Assembly: GCA_903870275.1 (NCBI GenBank)
Contig: CAIQCK010000121.1
Span: 192,461-256,460 of the forward strand
Direction of reading: 5' to 3'
Length of the DNA: 64,000 nucleotides
From: an uncultured bacterium
GTDB lineage: Bacteria; Verrucomicrobiota; Verrucomicrobiia; CAIQCK01
Under the pieces are notes generated by a model that had not been told where the DNA came from, searched no databases, and saw only the letters and a list, made by a program, of their open reading frames with translations. Made by a program: the position numbers and the translations under genes. This document shows, in pieces, positions 44,994 through 55,431 of the stretch (its first letter is position 1; each line of letters begins with the position of its first letter).

Positions 44994-46256
44994 ATGCAAA
45001 CAGCCGTGGACATGCAGCGAATCTTCTATCTGCTCGGCGTCGCGCTGGGGCTGGGGTTGTTGGTCGGCTTGCAGCGCGAGCGTTCCTCCGCGGTGCGGCT
45101 GGCGGGTTTTCGCACGTTTCCGATCATCACGATTTTGGGGACAGTCTGCGCGTTGCTCGCGCAGCAGTTCGGCGGGTGGGTGCTGGCGACGGGATTCCTG
45201 ACGATCGGGGCGATCGCGTTGGCGGGCTATCAGGCCAAGATGAAGCTGGGCGAAACCACGCCGAGTCTCATCACGGAAATGTCCATCCTGTTGATGTTCG
45301 GAGTGGGCGCCTATTTGGTTGTCGGCCCGACGGCGGTGGCGGTGGCTATCGTGGGCGGGGTGGCGGTGCTGTTGTATCTGAAGCCGCAGTTGCACGGGTT
45401 GGCCTCGAAGATTGGCGAGACGGATTTCAAGGCCATCATGCAGTTCGTGCTGATCACGCTCGTCATTCTGCCCGTGTTGCCGAACCATGCCTATGGTCCC
45501 TACGACGTGCTCAATCCCCACCGCATCTGGCTGTTCGTCGTGTTCATCGTCTCCATCAGCCTCGCCGGCTACGTCGCTTACAAGTTCTTCGGTCAAAGCG
45601 CCGGTGCGATGATCGGCGGCGTGCTCGGCGGGCTGATCTCCAGCACGGCGACAACCGTCAGCTACGCGCGGCGGTCGAGGGCGGTGGCGAACAGCGAAAA
45701 CATCGCCGCCTTCGTCATCCTTGTGGCTTCGACGATTTTATATGGCCGCGTGCTGGTGATTCTTGCGGCCATTGTACCGGATGCCTTGCGCGTGGTGACG
45801 CCGCCGCTCGGCGCGATGCTGGGCGCGCTGGTCGTGATCTGCGTTGGCCTGTGGCTCAAGGAACGCCACGACCCGGTCCGGATGCCGGAGCAGACCAACC
45901 CGACCGAGTTGAAACCGGCGATCCTTTTCGGCGTGATGTTTTCGATCGTGCTGCTCGCCACCGCCGTCGGCAAAGCGCGTTTTGGCGAAGGCGGCCTCTA
46001 TGCGGTGGCGGCGTTGTCGGGCCTTACCGATGTGGACGCGATTTCGCTGTCCAGCGCGCAGATGGTCAGCGACAAACGTCTCGACGCCGACACCGCCTGG
46101 CGGCTGATCCTTCTCGCGTCGTTGTCGAACCTGCTTTTCAAGGGCGTGGTGGTGGCAGTGCTCGGCTCGCGCCGGTTGCTGGTGAGAGTTGGCGTCCTCT
46201 TTGCGGTCGTGTTCGCCATCGGCACTTCGATTCTGATTTTCTGGCCGCGTGCGTGA
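44994..46256 (+). CDS. MgtC/SapB-family membrane protein with a DUF4010-like C-terminal half.
   Basis: Length is 420 aa and polytopic. The N-terminal 'LLGVALGLGLLVGLQRE' resembles an MgtC signature. Confidence 0.75.
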   Translation: MQTAVDMQRIFYLLGVALGLGLLVGLQRERSSAVRLAGFRTFPIITILGTVCALLAQQFGGWVLATGFLTIGAIALAGYQAKMKLGETTPSLITEMSILLMFGVGAYLVVGPTAVAVAIVGGVAVLLYLKPQLHGLASKIGETDFKAIMQFVLITLVILPVLPNHAYGPYDVLNPHRIWLFVVFIVSISLAGYVAYKFFGQSAGAMIGGVLGGLISSTATTVSYARRSRAVANSENIAAFVILVASTILYGRVLVILAAIVPDALRVVTPPLGAMLGALVVICVGLWLKERHDPVRMPEQTNPTELKPAILFGVMFSIVLLATAVGKARFGEGGLYAVAALSGLTDVDAISLSSAQMVSDKRLDADTAWRLILLASLSNLLFKGVVVAVLGSRRLLVRVGVLFAVVFAIGTSILIFWPRA

Positions 46257-46318
46257 GGACCCTGGAACCCCGGCGCGGCCGATAGCAAGCTGGTTTCATT
46301 TTCACGGAGACAACAATC

Positions 46319-47461
46319 ATGCAAAACTTCATTTACAAGAACCCCACTGAGATTTTGTTCGGTCGCGGGATGATCGCGGAAGTTGCCGGCCGCGTGTCGG
46401 CGGACGCGCCGGTGCTGTTTCTCTACGGCGGCGGCTCCATCAAGCGCAACGGCGTTTATGATCAGGTGAAGGCTGCGTTGAAGAAACATCGCGTGGTGGA
46501 GTTCGGCGGCGTCGAAGCCAATCCGCTCTACGAAACCTGTCTCGCGGCGGTGGACGTGGTGAAGCGCGAGCGGGTCGGGTTCATCCTCGCCGTTGGCGGC
46601 GGCTCGGTGCTGGACGCGGGCAAGTTCATTGCCGCCGCGGCGTGCTTTTCTGGCGCGGACCCGTGGGACATCCTGCGCAGCGGCGGCAAGGCCGTCCAGG
46701 CCGCGCTGCCCGTCGGCACGGTGCTGACGCTGTCCGCCACCGGCTCCGAGGCGAACGGCAACTCGGTCATCTCGCGCCGGGCGACGCAGGAAAAGCTGCC
46801 TTTCACTTCCAACCACTCGTTTCCGGTCTTCTCGGTGCTGGACCCGGAGACGACCTTCACACTGCCGCCGAAACAAGTGCGCAACGGCGTCGTGGACGCG
46901 ATCGCTCATGTCATGGAACAGTATATGACCTTCCCGGCGGACGCGCCATTGCAGGACCGGATGGCGGAGTCCGTGCTCCAGACGCTGGTCGAAGTCGGGC
47001 CGGTGACGCTGGCGGAGCCGAAGAACTACGAAGCGCGGGCCGCTTTCATGTGGAGCGCGACACTGGCGCTGAACACGCTTCTCGGTTGCGGCGTGCCACA
47101 GGATTGGGCCACGCACATGATCGGTCACGAGTTGACGGCGTTTTACGGTCTGGACCACGCCGAGACGCTCGCCGTCGTCATGCCCGGCGTGTGGCAACAC
47201 AAACTGGCGCAGAAGAAGGCGAAGCTGGAGCAGTATGGCCGGCGCGTCTGGAACGTCGCCTCCGCCAAGGCGGCCATCGAGAAAACGGAGGCGTTTTTCA
47301 ACTCCATCGGGATGCCAACGCGGTTGCAGGCTTACAACATTTCCGCGGAGGAAGCCGTTGCGAAAATCAGCGCGAGATTTGCGGAGCGAAAGGCCACCTT
47401 CGGCGAGCACGGTGACATCGATTCCGCCGCCGCCGCTGCGATCTTGCGTCTGCGCGCGTGA
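46319..47461 (+). CDS. Iron-containing (group III) alcohol dehydrogenase, YqhD-like.
   Basis: 'GGGSIKRNG', 'AVGGGSVLDAGKFIA', and metal-binding 'DAIAHVMEQY...HMIGHELTAFYGLDHA'. Confidence 0.85.
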   Translation: MQNFIYKNPTEILFGRGMIAEVAGRVSADAPVLFLYGGGSIKRNGVYDQVKAALKKHRVVEFGGVEANPLYETCLAAVDVVKRERVGFILAVGGGSVLDAGKFIAAAACFSGADPWDILRSGGKAVQAALPVGTVLTLSATGSEANGNSVISRRATQEKLPFTSNHSFPVFSVLDPETTFTLPPKQVRNGVVDAIAHVMEQYMTFPADAPLQDRMAESVLQTLVEVGPVTLAEPKNYEARAAFMWSATLALNTLLGCGVPQDWATHMIGHELTAFYGLDHAETLAVVMPGVWQHKLAQKKAKLEQYGRRVWNVASAKAAIEKTEAFFNSIGMPTRLQAYNISAEEAVAKISARFAERKATFGEHGDIDSAAAAAILRLRA

Positions 47462-47476
47462 GCCGGCGCCGTTGTC

Positions 47477-48487
47477 TTACTTCGCCGCTTTCGTCGGGGT
47501 TTCAACCGCCAACTGCGCGACGCTGTCGCCGCGGATGGGCGAGTAGTCCCGTTCCACGCGCGCCCGGAGATCGCGGGTGACGCGGATGTTCTGGAAGTAA
47601 GGCTCGAAACCGGAGGCTTCCTCCATGTCGGGGAGGTTTTGCAGGTGAAAGTGCAGATGCGGCTCGTTGGACTGACCGCTGTTGCCGCACCTGCCGATGA
47701 GTTGGCCGGCTTTCACGGTGTCGCCAACCCTCACGCAGATGGAACCGAACATCAGGTGTTCGAGCACGCTAAACTCGCTGTCGGAATGTTTGATCATGAT
47801 GGAGTTGCCGATGGCGCAAAAGCCATTCGGCGTGCCGGGTTTGCTGTCCGGCACGCCGTCAATCACCATGACGACCGTGCCGTCGGCGGGCGCGAGGATA
47901 TCCGTGCCGTAGACATAGTAGTCCTCGTTGGCCTTGCCTTCATCCTGGTGCGACTTGTGCAGCGAGTCGCGGATGAGCATGTCCAAGGCCCGCCGCTGGC
48001 TGCGGATGTTGGCGTTGCGGTTCAACTCAGCTGTCGCGCCGCCCCACCTCACATACCACTCGCCGTTGAACGGCAGGCGCATCGGCGTCTTGTTGCGTTC
48101 GGGTAGCGCGATGATCGCGCCGGCCGGCGTCAGGTTCAGGCCGGTGATTTGTCCCTTGCGGTCCAGTGTCAACGCCATCCTCCATTCGCCGCGCTCGGCC
48201 CCCAGCAAAAGGGAGGCGCCGCCGCCGCTGGCAACCGATTCCTTGACATCGAGCAAATTGCCGCGTGCCGCGAGGATGCTGCGGAAATACACCCGCGCCT
48301 TCGCCTCCGTAAACGTGCCGCGCAGCGCCGGGCCGAGCATCTCGTGAATCTTGATCTGGTCGTCGGCATTGATGTAGCCGATGAGTTTTTTCGCGGTGGT
48401 GACGAACTCAGTGTCCGCCGCCATCGCCGCCGTCGCGCCGAACAGCAGCGCGAGCCAGAATTGAGCGTTCCAACATCGCCGGATCAT
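47477..48487 (-). CDS. Secreted M23/LytM-family metallopeptidase.
   Basis: Signal peptide. 'HSDSEF' (HxxxD) and 'SNEPHLHFHL' (HxH) motifs. Confidence 0.8.
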   Translation of the reverse strand: MIRRCWNAQFWLALLFGATAAMAADTEFVTTAKKLIGYINADDQIKIHEMLGPALRGTFTEAKARVYFRSILAARGNLLDVKESVASGGGASLLLGAERGEWRMALTLDRKGQITGLNLTPAGAIIALPERNKTPMRLPFNGEWYVRWGGATAELNRNANIRSQRRALDMLIRDSLHKSHQDEGKANEDYYVYGTDILAPADGTVVMVIDGVPDSKPGTPNGFCAIGNSIMIKHSDSEFSVLEHLMFGSICVRVGDTVKAGQLIGRCGNSGQSNEPHLHFHLQNLPDMEEASGFEPYFQNIRVTRDLRARVERDYSPIRGDSVAQLAVETPTKAAK

Positions 48488-48494
48488 ATTACCC

Positions 48495-49484
48495 TCAGTT
48501 TGCCCCGTTCTTCTTCAACACGTCGCTGATGCTCACCGGCTGGCCGCCGAGCTTCTTGCTTTCGTCGGAAGCTTCCATGAACGCAAGGATCTCGATCGTC
48601 TCGCGCTCCGGCACCGGTGCCACGCCGGTCTGGAAAAACTTGATCACCTCGACCAGCAGCGGCGCGTAACCGTCATAGGCGCCAATTTCGGCTTCACCCT
48701 TGTCGCCCTTGGCGGTGCCGCCGTAAGGCTTCTGGCCTTTGGCATGGGAACCTTCGCGGAAGATACCGGTCCGGCCGCCGCTCCACGTGCCGGTCACTTC
48801 GATCCGGCCATCCTCGGTCGTGCCGCGCTTCACCGTCTCGCAGCCCGCGCCCATCACGGTGAACAGCGACTCGACGCCATGGATGCCATACCAGAACAAC
48901 TCCGGATGATGCGGTTCCAGATTGACCGGGCTGGAGGTCCACGCGCTGAGCACCTTGCCGACGGAACCGTTGCGGACCGCTTGCGTCGCCTTGCCGTATC
49001 GCAGCGACGATGAGCTGAACACCGCCACGTTGTTCTCCTTCGCAAGCCGGAAAATCTCCAGCGCGTCGTGCAACGAGCCGGCCATCGGCTTGTCTATGAA
49101 CAGCCGCTTGCCGGCCTTGATGACAGGCCGCGCCTGCGCTAGATGCGGCCGTCCGTCCACGCTCTCCAGCATCACCGCGTCCACCTGCTTGCAGAGTTCC
49201 TCGATGGAGTCCACGATTTTGACGCCGAAGTCTTTCTGCAACTGTTCGGTGTATTTGTCCACGCGCGACGCGCTCGATTCGATGTCAGGACTGCCGCCCT
49301 TGAACGCGGCAACCACTTTGGCGCCGTCGACGTGGTTCTTGTCTTTCGGGTCGTTGAGCGTTTTCGTGAACGCAAGGACGTGCGAGGTGTCCAGCCCGAT
49401 CAGGCCGATGCGCAGATCTTCGCTGAAACAGGTGGCGGCGGCGAGGAGGACGGTGGCGGCGAGCAGTGAAGTTATGGTTTTCAT
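48495..49484 (-). CDS. Gfo/Idh/MocA-family oxidoreductase (Sec signal).
   Basis: 'LRIGLIGLDTSHVLAF' Rossmann N-terminus and 'DAVMLESVDGRPHLAQARPVIKAGKRLFIDKP' (the EKP-like motif). Confidence 0.8.
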   Translation of the reverse strand: MKTITSLLAATVLLAAATCFSEDLRIGLIGLDTSHVLAFTKTLNDPKDKNHVDGAKVVAAFKGGSPDIESSASRVDKYTEQLQKDFGVKIVDSIEELCKQVDAVMLESVDGRPHLAQARPVIKAGKRLFIDKPMAGSLHDALEIFRLAKENNVAVFSSSSLRYGKATQAVRNGSVGKVLSAWTSSPVNLEPHHPELFWYGIHGVESLFTVMGAGCETVKRGTTEDGRIEVTGTWSGGRTGIFREGSHAKGQKPYGGTAKGDKGEAEIGAYDGYAPLLVEVIKFFQTGVAPVPERETIEILAFMEASDESKKLGGQPVSISDVLKKNGAN

Positions 49485-49515
49485 AATTTGGAGTCTTGGG
49501 TAGAATCATACGCTT

Positions 49516-50829
49516 ATGAACCAATCAATCAATCGCAGAATTTTCCTCCAACAGTCCGCCGCCCTCGGGGCCGGCCTTGCCGCTTGGCGGACCGTGTCCC
49601 CGGTGGTTGCCGCCGAGGCCAACGCCAAGCTCGTTGTCGCCGTCATGGGCTGCAACAGCCGCGGCATGGCGCACGTTGACGGATTGATTGCCGCGCCGAA
49701 TGTCGAGATCGCCTACATCTGCGACGTGGATTCACGCGCGCTCGAGAAGGGCATCAAGACGGTCGCCAAGAAGACGGGCAAGGAGCCGAAAGGCGTCAAG
49801 GATTTCCGCCGGGTTCTCGACGACAAATCGGTGGACGCGCTCACCATCGCCACGCCGAACCACTGGCACGCCATCGCCACCATCATGGCTTGCGCCGCCG
49901 GCAAACACGTTTATGTCGAAAAACCGGGCAGCCACGACCCGCACGAGTCGGAGTTGATGGTGGCCGCCGCGCGCAAATACCAGCGCGTCGTCCAGATGGG
50001 CAACCAGCGCCGCAGCATGGCCGGCGTCATCGAGGCCATTGAAAAACTCCGCGCCGGCGTCATCGGCCGCGTGTTGACCGCGCGTTGCTACTACACGCGC
50101 AACCGCCCGACCATCGGCCACGGCAAGCCCGCGCCCGTGCCGGAGTGGCTCGATTGGGAGCTTTGGCAGGGCGCCGCGCCGGAGCGGCCGTTCGTGGACA
50201 ACCTCGTTCACTACAATTGGCACTGGTTCTGGCACTGGGGCAACGGCGAGCTGGGCAACAATGCCATTCATTCCGTGGACGTGGCGCGCTGGGGCTTGTG
50301 CGTGGATGCGCCGCGCCGCGTCACGTTCGGCGGCGGCCGCTATCGGTTCCAGGACGACCAGGAAACACCGGATACCGGTGTTGCGACGTTCGATTACGGC
50401 GACAAGCTGATCACATGGGAGCAGAGCAGTAGCCACGATCGCAAAGGCGAGACACAAAGCACGACGAATTTCTACGGCGAAGGCGGCATGCTCTCGATGA
50501 TCGGTACCGGCTACAAACTCTACGACCTGAAAGGCAAGGAAATGGGTGGTTGGAAGACCAGCGGCGAGGGCGACACCGTGCGCGGTGTCGGCGGTGAATA
50601 CGAGCACTTTGCCAACTTCGTGGAGAGCGTCCGCCAGAACAAGCGTCCCCACTCCGACATCGGCGAGTGCCAGAAGAGCACGATGCTTTGCCACTACGCC
50701 AACATCGCCTACCGCACCGGCCACACGATCAACGTGGACCAGAAGACCGGCAAGATCGTTGACGACGCGAAGGCGGCCGCGCTCTGGCGGCGTTCGGAGT
50801 ATCGCAAGGGCTGGGAGCCGAAAGTATAG
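49516..50829 (+). CDS. Gfo/Idh/MocA-family oxidoreductase with a Tat signal.
   Basis: Twin-arginine 'NRRIFLQQSAALGAGLAA'. 'LVVAVMGCNSRG'. 'HVYVEKP'. Confidence 0.85.
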   Translation: MNQSINRRIFLQQSAALGAGLAAWRTVSPVVAAEANAKLVVAVMGCNSRGMAHVDGLIAAPNVEIAYICDVDSRALEKGIKTVAKKTGKEPKGVKDFRRVLDDKSVDALTIATPNHWHAIATIMACAAGKHVYVEKPGSHDPHESELMVAAARKYQRVVQMGNQRRSMAGVIEAIEKLRAGVIGRVLTARCYYTRNRPTIGHGKPAPVPEWLDWELWQGAAPERPFVDNLVHYNWHWFWHWGNGELGNNAIHSVDVARWGLCVDAPRRVTFGGGRYRFQDDQETPDTGVATFDYGDKLITWEQSSSHDRKGETQSTTNFYGEGGMLSMIGTGYKLYDLKGKEMGGWKTSGEGDTVRGVGGEYEHFANFVESVRQNKRPHSDIGECQKSTMLCHYANIAYRTGHTINVDQKTGKIVDDAKAAALWRRSEYRKGWEPKV

Positions 50830-50875
50830 CGAGAATCTGCTTGTCTGAATCCCACGCGAGGCGTAGAGAGGCGGC

Positions 50876-52246
50876 ATGAAAACCCCTCTCTACGCCTCGC
50901 TCGTTTCCCGCCGCATCAGCCGCCGCCGCTTCCTGCAATCCTCCGCGCTCGCCGCCGGGGCGACCGTGCTGGGCGCGCCGGCGTTGCTGCGCGGGCAGAA
51001 CCTCAACGACAAACTCAACGTCGCCGTCGTCGGTTGCGGCGGACGCGGCGGCTCCAACATGGGCGATGTCGGCAAGACGGAAAACATTGTTGCGCTCTGC
51101 GATGTGTTTGAGTCGAACATCGAGAAGGCCGCACAGAAATTTTCGCAGGCGAAGAAATACAACGACTTTCGCAAGCTCTTCGACGACGCGAAGGATTTCG
51201 ACGCCGTGGTGGTCAGTACCACCGAGCACACGCACGCCCTGGCGGTGATGCGGGCGTTGAAGCACAAGAAGCACGTCTATTGCGAGAAGCCGCTTACGCA
51301 CGATGTCTATGAGTGCCGCCAGATTCGCAAGACGCTGCGCAGCCTCAAGGTCGCCACGCAGATGGGCACGCAAATCCACGCCGGCGACAACTATCGCCGC
51401 GTCGTCGAGCTGATCCAGAGCGGCGCGATTGGCCCGGTGCGCGAGGCGCACGTCTGGGTGGACCGCACGTGGGGGCGGCAGAGTCCGGAGGACGCGAAAA
51501 CTTACGGCGACCGCGTGAGCAGCCAGGAGCGGCCGACGGAAACGGAGCCGGTGCCCGCGGGCTTGAACTGGGACCTCTGGATCGGCCCCGCGCCGTTCCG
51601 TCCGTTCAACTCGATCTACTGGCCCGGCTCGAAGTGGTATCGCTGGTGGGATTTCGGCAATGGCACCATGTCCGACCTCGGCAGCCATTGGAACGACCTG
51701 CCGTTCTGGGCGTTGAAGCTCGACGCGCCGCTCACCATCGAGGCCGCTGGCCCGCCGCCGCATCCGGAGATCGCGCCCGCCACGATGAGCGCGACCTACA
51801 CTTACGGCGCGCGCGGCGACATGCCGCCGGTGAAGCTGACGTGGTATCAGGGCCAGATGAAGCCGCCGCAATACACCGAGGGCAAAATCCCCCAGTGGAA
51901 AAGCGCCGCGCTGTTCGTGGGCGACAAAGGCATGGTGCTCACCGATTACGGCAAGCACATGCTGTTGCCGGAGGAAAAGTTCAAGGACTTCAAGCGGCCC
52001 GAACCGTTCATTGCTAAGTCACTCGGCCATCACGCCGAGTGGATTCACGCCTGCAAGACCGGCGAGCCGACTACGTGCAACTTCGAGTATTCCGGCGCGC
52101 TCACTGAAGCCAACCACCTCGGCAACGTCGCCTACCGCCTTGGCAAAAAACTGGAATGGGATTCCGCCGCGCTCAAGGTGACGAACTGTCCCGAAGCCGC
52201 CGCTCTCATCCGCCGCCCGTATCGCAAGGGATGGACGCTGGCGTGA
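50876..52246 (+). CDS. Gfo/Idh/MocA-family oxidoreductase with a Tat signal.
   Basis: '[19 protein letters not shown]'. '[15 protein letters not shown]'. 'HVYCEKP'. Confidence 0.85.
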   Translation: MKTPLYASLVSRRISRRRFLQSSALAAGATVLGAPALLRGQNLNDKLNVAVVGCGGRGGSNMGDVGKTENIVALCDVFESNIEKAAQKFSQAKKYNDFRKLFDDAKDFDAVVVSTTEHTHALAVMRALKHKKHVYCEKPLTHDVYECRQIRKTLRSLKVATQMGTQIHAGDNYRRVVELIQSGAIGPVREAHVWVDRTWGRQSPEDAKTYGDRVSSQERPTETEPVPAGLNWDLWIGPAPFRPFNSIYWPGSKWYRWWDFGNGTMSDLGSHWNDLPFWALKLDAPLTIEAAGPPPHPEIAPATMSATYTYGARGDMPPVKLTWYQGQMKPPQYTEGKIPQWKSAALFVGDKGMVLTDYGKHMLLPEEKFKDFKRPEPFIAKSLGHHAEWIHACKTGEPTTCNFEYSGALTEANHLGNVAYRLGKKLEWDSAALKVTNCPEAAALIRRPYRKGWTLA

Positions 52247-52415
52247 GTGCGCGGTCACTGCCGAGTGCCGCAAACACGCTTAAATCATCGGCGGGAAACG
52301 CGATGATCCATTTCAGTCGTCCCTCCGGGACGGATTGATTTCGAGGATCGTGTTCCTGGCGTTGAAGGGTCTGTTGCCCAAATCGTCTTAGCCGCGGAGC
52401 GGCGCCAGATCGTAG

Positions 52416-52675
52416 CCCACGGCGCGAGCCGTGGGTTTCGTGACGCAGAACGAAAGCCCCGGCAGGGGCGAAAGAAATCATACATCGGTGAGGTTTTCTG
52501 CCGCCCCGACGGGGCTTATGTTTTTCGGGCCACTATTCCCACGGCTTGCGCCGTGGGCTATTTTCTGGCGCGCCTCCGGCGCTCTCCTCCAGAACTGGCT
52601 TGTTCTTGAGCAAACAGAACATTTGGGCAACACGCCCTAAAACGCCGGGCTAATGTCAGCCGCTCCTATGGAGCG
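52416..52675. repeat. Symmetric set of paired hairpins in the 455-bp spacer, including a Rho-independent-terminator-like hairpin followed by a T-run.
   Basis: X1 52416-52435 cccacggc-gcga-gccgtggg. Y1 52457-52468 cccc-ggca-gggg. Y2 52503-52515 gcccc-gac-ggggc, followed by ttatgttttt. X2 52538-52557 cccacggc-ttgc-gccgtggg. 52659-52675 ccgctcc-tatg-gagcgg. Confidence 0.6.
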
Positions 52676-52700
52676 GAGTTCTCCAAGCAGTTCGCCGTGC

Positions 52701-54335
52701 TTAAGGCTTCGGACTCGCGCCCTTGTATCGCACCGTCAGATGCAGGTCGGTGAGAAAGCCTTTGTCTTGTGGGGCGGGCGTGACGGTGACGACATTGGCG
52801 CCTTGCTTCACCAGTTTGGCGTCGAGTTTGAACTCCAGCCAGTCTTTGGCGATTGCGCCGCCAGCGAGCGAAACGTCGTTGAGCGCGACCACGGCGTTGG
52901 CGGGTTGTTTCAACACTTTGAATTGCAGCCGCAGAGTCAAATCCGCGCCCACGCCTTTGGACTCGCCCCAACGCACGTCATCGCCGACCGAAAACTTCAC
53001 CGTCGCCGGCTTGTCGGGTGCGAGCGGCAACGACGCACCGGGATTGAGCGTCGCGAGGTGGATGAAGCTCTGATGCGGCAGCGAGTTGCCGGCGGCAACG
53101 CCGACGCCGCGCACGCTGGCGAAATAATCCTTGTTCATCCGTTGCAACGCCGCCGGATCGCCCAACTCGCGCCAGAGCGGACTGCGCGGGTTGAAGAAGT
53201 TGAACATGTAAACGCCGTCCGCGCCGGCGGCCCAGACATTCATGGCGCGCGCCCGGTAAGCCTCGACCGACGAGCGAAGACCGCGGGCCGCCTCGTCCCG
53301 CACGCGCGATTCGTCCAGCGACGGATAGACCGGCACGCCGTATTTGTGGCCGAGCGCGACGCTGTATTCCCACGGATTGAGCTGGATGTAGCTCGTGACC
53401 ACCAGCAGGTCCGCCAGATCGTCGGCAAGCCAGCGCTCCAGATCAATGCCGATGGCCCGGCTGTATTCGACCGAGTCCGGCACGCGCACGGCCATGAGCA
53501 GCGGCCGTCCGCGCCGCCGGCCCACGTCGTCGCACATCGCGCGGATGCGCTGGAGCAAGCCGGTCATCTGCGCGCGGTCCTCGTCGTCGCACGGCAGGCC
53601 TTGAGCGTTGTGCTTGAAGAAAATCGGGTGGCGGAAGAAATCCAGTTCGACGCCATCCACGTCGTAATTCCGGCAAACCTCCTCGACGTAACGAAACGCC
53701 AGGTCGCGAACCTCCGCGCGCCCGAAATCCACGGCGGACCACGCGCCGTATTTGGGTTTTTGCTGCGGCGTGCCGAACAGATATTCGGGGTGCGCCACCT
53801 TCAGTTTGTTCATGTTGAACATGACCGGCCCATACTCCGTGAGCGAGCCATCGTGCGTGTCGTTCATCCGCAGCGACCAGAAGACTTCGATGCCATGCTT
53901 CCGCCCGAACTCTGTCATCACCCGCAGCGGATCAATGCCCGCGTCGAGGAAAGCGCGCGTGGGATTGTTCGTGAACGGTGCCTCGCGCGTTTCGAAGACC
54001 TGGCCAACCTTCGTGTTGTGCGTGAACACGCCGAAACCGGAACTCCATGTGCAGTAGAAAATGCTGTCCACCTGCGAGCCGGCGAGCGCGGTGGTCCGGG
54101 CCTTCAGCAATTCCTCCGCGGTCACAGCCTTGCACTGATACACGATATCGTCGCCGTCGTTGTTGAAGATGATCCGCCGTTTGCGATGCGCCGCTTCCTT
54201 GCGGCGTTGCTTGAAGGAGTCGGCGGAAGGATTGCCGGAGGCACCGCCATTTTCCGCTGCGATACAAGAATCAGCGTCGCCAACGAGCAGCAACGCTGCG
54301 CCGACGGTAATCAACCAGAACGTTGTTCTTTTCAT
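52701..54335 (-). CDS. Secreted glycoside-hydrolase-like (beta/alpha)8-barrel protein, possibly the GHL10/DUF187-like family.
   Basis: Signal MKRTTFWLITVGAALLLVG. 'RIIFNNDGDD', 'GIEVFWSLRMNDTHD' and 'VDGVELDFFRHP' resemble TIM-barrel GH-like families. The family assignment is tentative. Confidence 0.6.
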   Translation of the reverse strand: MKRTTFWLITVGAALLLVGDADSCIAAENGGASGNPSADSFKQRRKEAAHRKRRIIFNNDGDDIVYQCKAVTAEELLKARTTALAGSQVDSIFYCTWSSGFGVFTHNTKVGQVFETREAPFTNNPTRAFLDAGIDPLRVMTEFGRKHGIEVFWSLRMNDTHDGSLTEYGPVMFNMNKLKVAHPEYLFGTPQQKPKYGAWSAVDFGRAEVRDLAFRYVEEVCRNYDVDGVELDFFRHPIFFKHNAQGLPCDDEDRAQMTGLLQRIRAMCDDVGRRRGRPLLMAVRVPDSVEYSRAIGIDLERWLADDLADLLVVTSYIQLNPWEYSVALGHKYGVPVYPSLDESRVRDEAARGLRSSVEAYRARAMNVWAAGADGVYMFNFFNPRSPLWRELGDPAALQRMNKDYFASVRGVGVAAGNSLPHQSFIHLATLNPGASLPLAPDKPATVKFSVGDDVRWGESKGVGADLTLRLQFKVLKQPANAVVALNDVSLAGGAIAKDWLEFKLDAKLVKQGANVVTVTPAPQDKGFLTDLHLTVRYKGASPKP

Positions 54336-54499
54336 AAGACTGTCCCGTGACATTCGCGCGGCCAACGCAGATTCATGAAGGGCAGGGCGGGACTCCGTCG
54401 AGCCTCCTTCAATCCGCATTCCGCATTCCAAAATCCGAAATCGAGAGCCGGCTAAACAGAGTCCGGCCCTGCCTCATTGGGTTTTGCGGCTGTGCTTCG

Positions 54500-55423
54500 C
54501 TACGATGCGCGCCACTTCAGTTCCAACGTCTGCCCGTGCTGGGCGTGATTGTGGTCAATGCAATTGAGCCGGAGCCGCGCGCCGTCGGGCAGCAACGTGG
54601 CGAGCACCCAGCCGGATGGCACGCCTTGTTTGAACACATAGGCCACCGCCGGCAGGTTGATGATCTGGATGCCGCTGTCGTGTTGCGTGATTTTCCAGAC
54701 GTGTGTGTGGCCGAAGACGTAGGCCTTCACCTGCTTGCGCGGCGCGAGCACTTTTAGGAACGCCTCGCTGTCGCGGAGGCCGGACGGCTTCCGCTCCTTG
54801 TCCGTGGCCACATCGAGGTTGTGATGCGCCGCCACAATCGCCGGCTTGTCGGGGTTGGCGTCGAGTGTTTTGGCCAGCCAATCGAGTTGCGCCTCGCCCA
54901 TCTCGCCGGAGGTGACGTTGGTCTTGTCGAGCGAGTCGAGCAGGAACCAGTTCGCCATCGGCGAGCGGACCATGGCAACACGCCGGTCAACGCCCGGATG
55001 ACTCGCCGCCTGTTCCTCGGCGAACGCCGCGCGCAGGTGGTTGCGGTCGTCGTGATTGCCCGTCGCGAGGTGGAGCGGAATTTGCGCGGCGCGGATGGGC
55101 TGCGCCAGCTCGGCAAACGTCGCGTAATCGCCTTCCTCTCCCTTGAGAACCGCGCAGTCGCCGGTGACGAGCGCAGCGGCGGGCCGTTGCGGCAACACGA
55201 TGACCTCCCGCAACGCGGTTTCAAAATGCTCGGCCATGTTTATCTCGCGCAAGACCTTCGCGCGATCGCCGGCAACGTGTGTGTCGGAAAGCAACGCCCA
55301 CGAGTTCGGGTCCGCCGGCTTTTCATCGGCCCAAAGCGGTCGCGGCCACAACAGACTCGCGCCGGCGGCGAGCGAACCTTTCAGAAACTGCCGGCGCGTG
55401 ATGGGCGGGATATAGATGGGCAT
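54500..55423 (-). CDS. Calcineurin-like metallophosphoesterase with a Tat signal.
   Basis: 'TRRQFLKGSLAAGASLLW'. 'GDCAVLKGEEGDY'. 'LATGNHD'. 'GHTHV'. Confidence 0.8.
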   Translation of the reverse strand: MPIYIPPITRRQFLKGSLAAGASLLWPRPLWADEKPADPNSWALLSDTHVAGDRAKVLREINMAEHFETALREVIVLPQRPAAALVTGDCAVLKGEEGDYATFAELAQPIRAAQIPLHLATGNHDDRNHLRAAFAEEQAASHPGVDRRVAMVRSPMANWFLLDSLDKTNVTSGEMGEAQLDWLAKTLDANPDKPAIVAAHHNLDVATDKERKPSGLRDSEAFLKVLAPRKQVKAYVFGHTHVWKITQHDSGIQIINLPAVAYVFKQGVPSGWVLATLLPDGARLRLNCIDHNHAQHGQTLELKWRAS

Positions 55424-55431
55424 GGTGGTTC

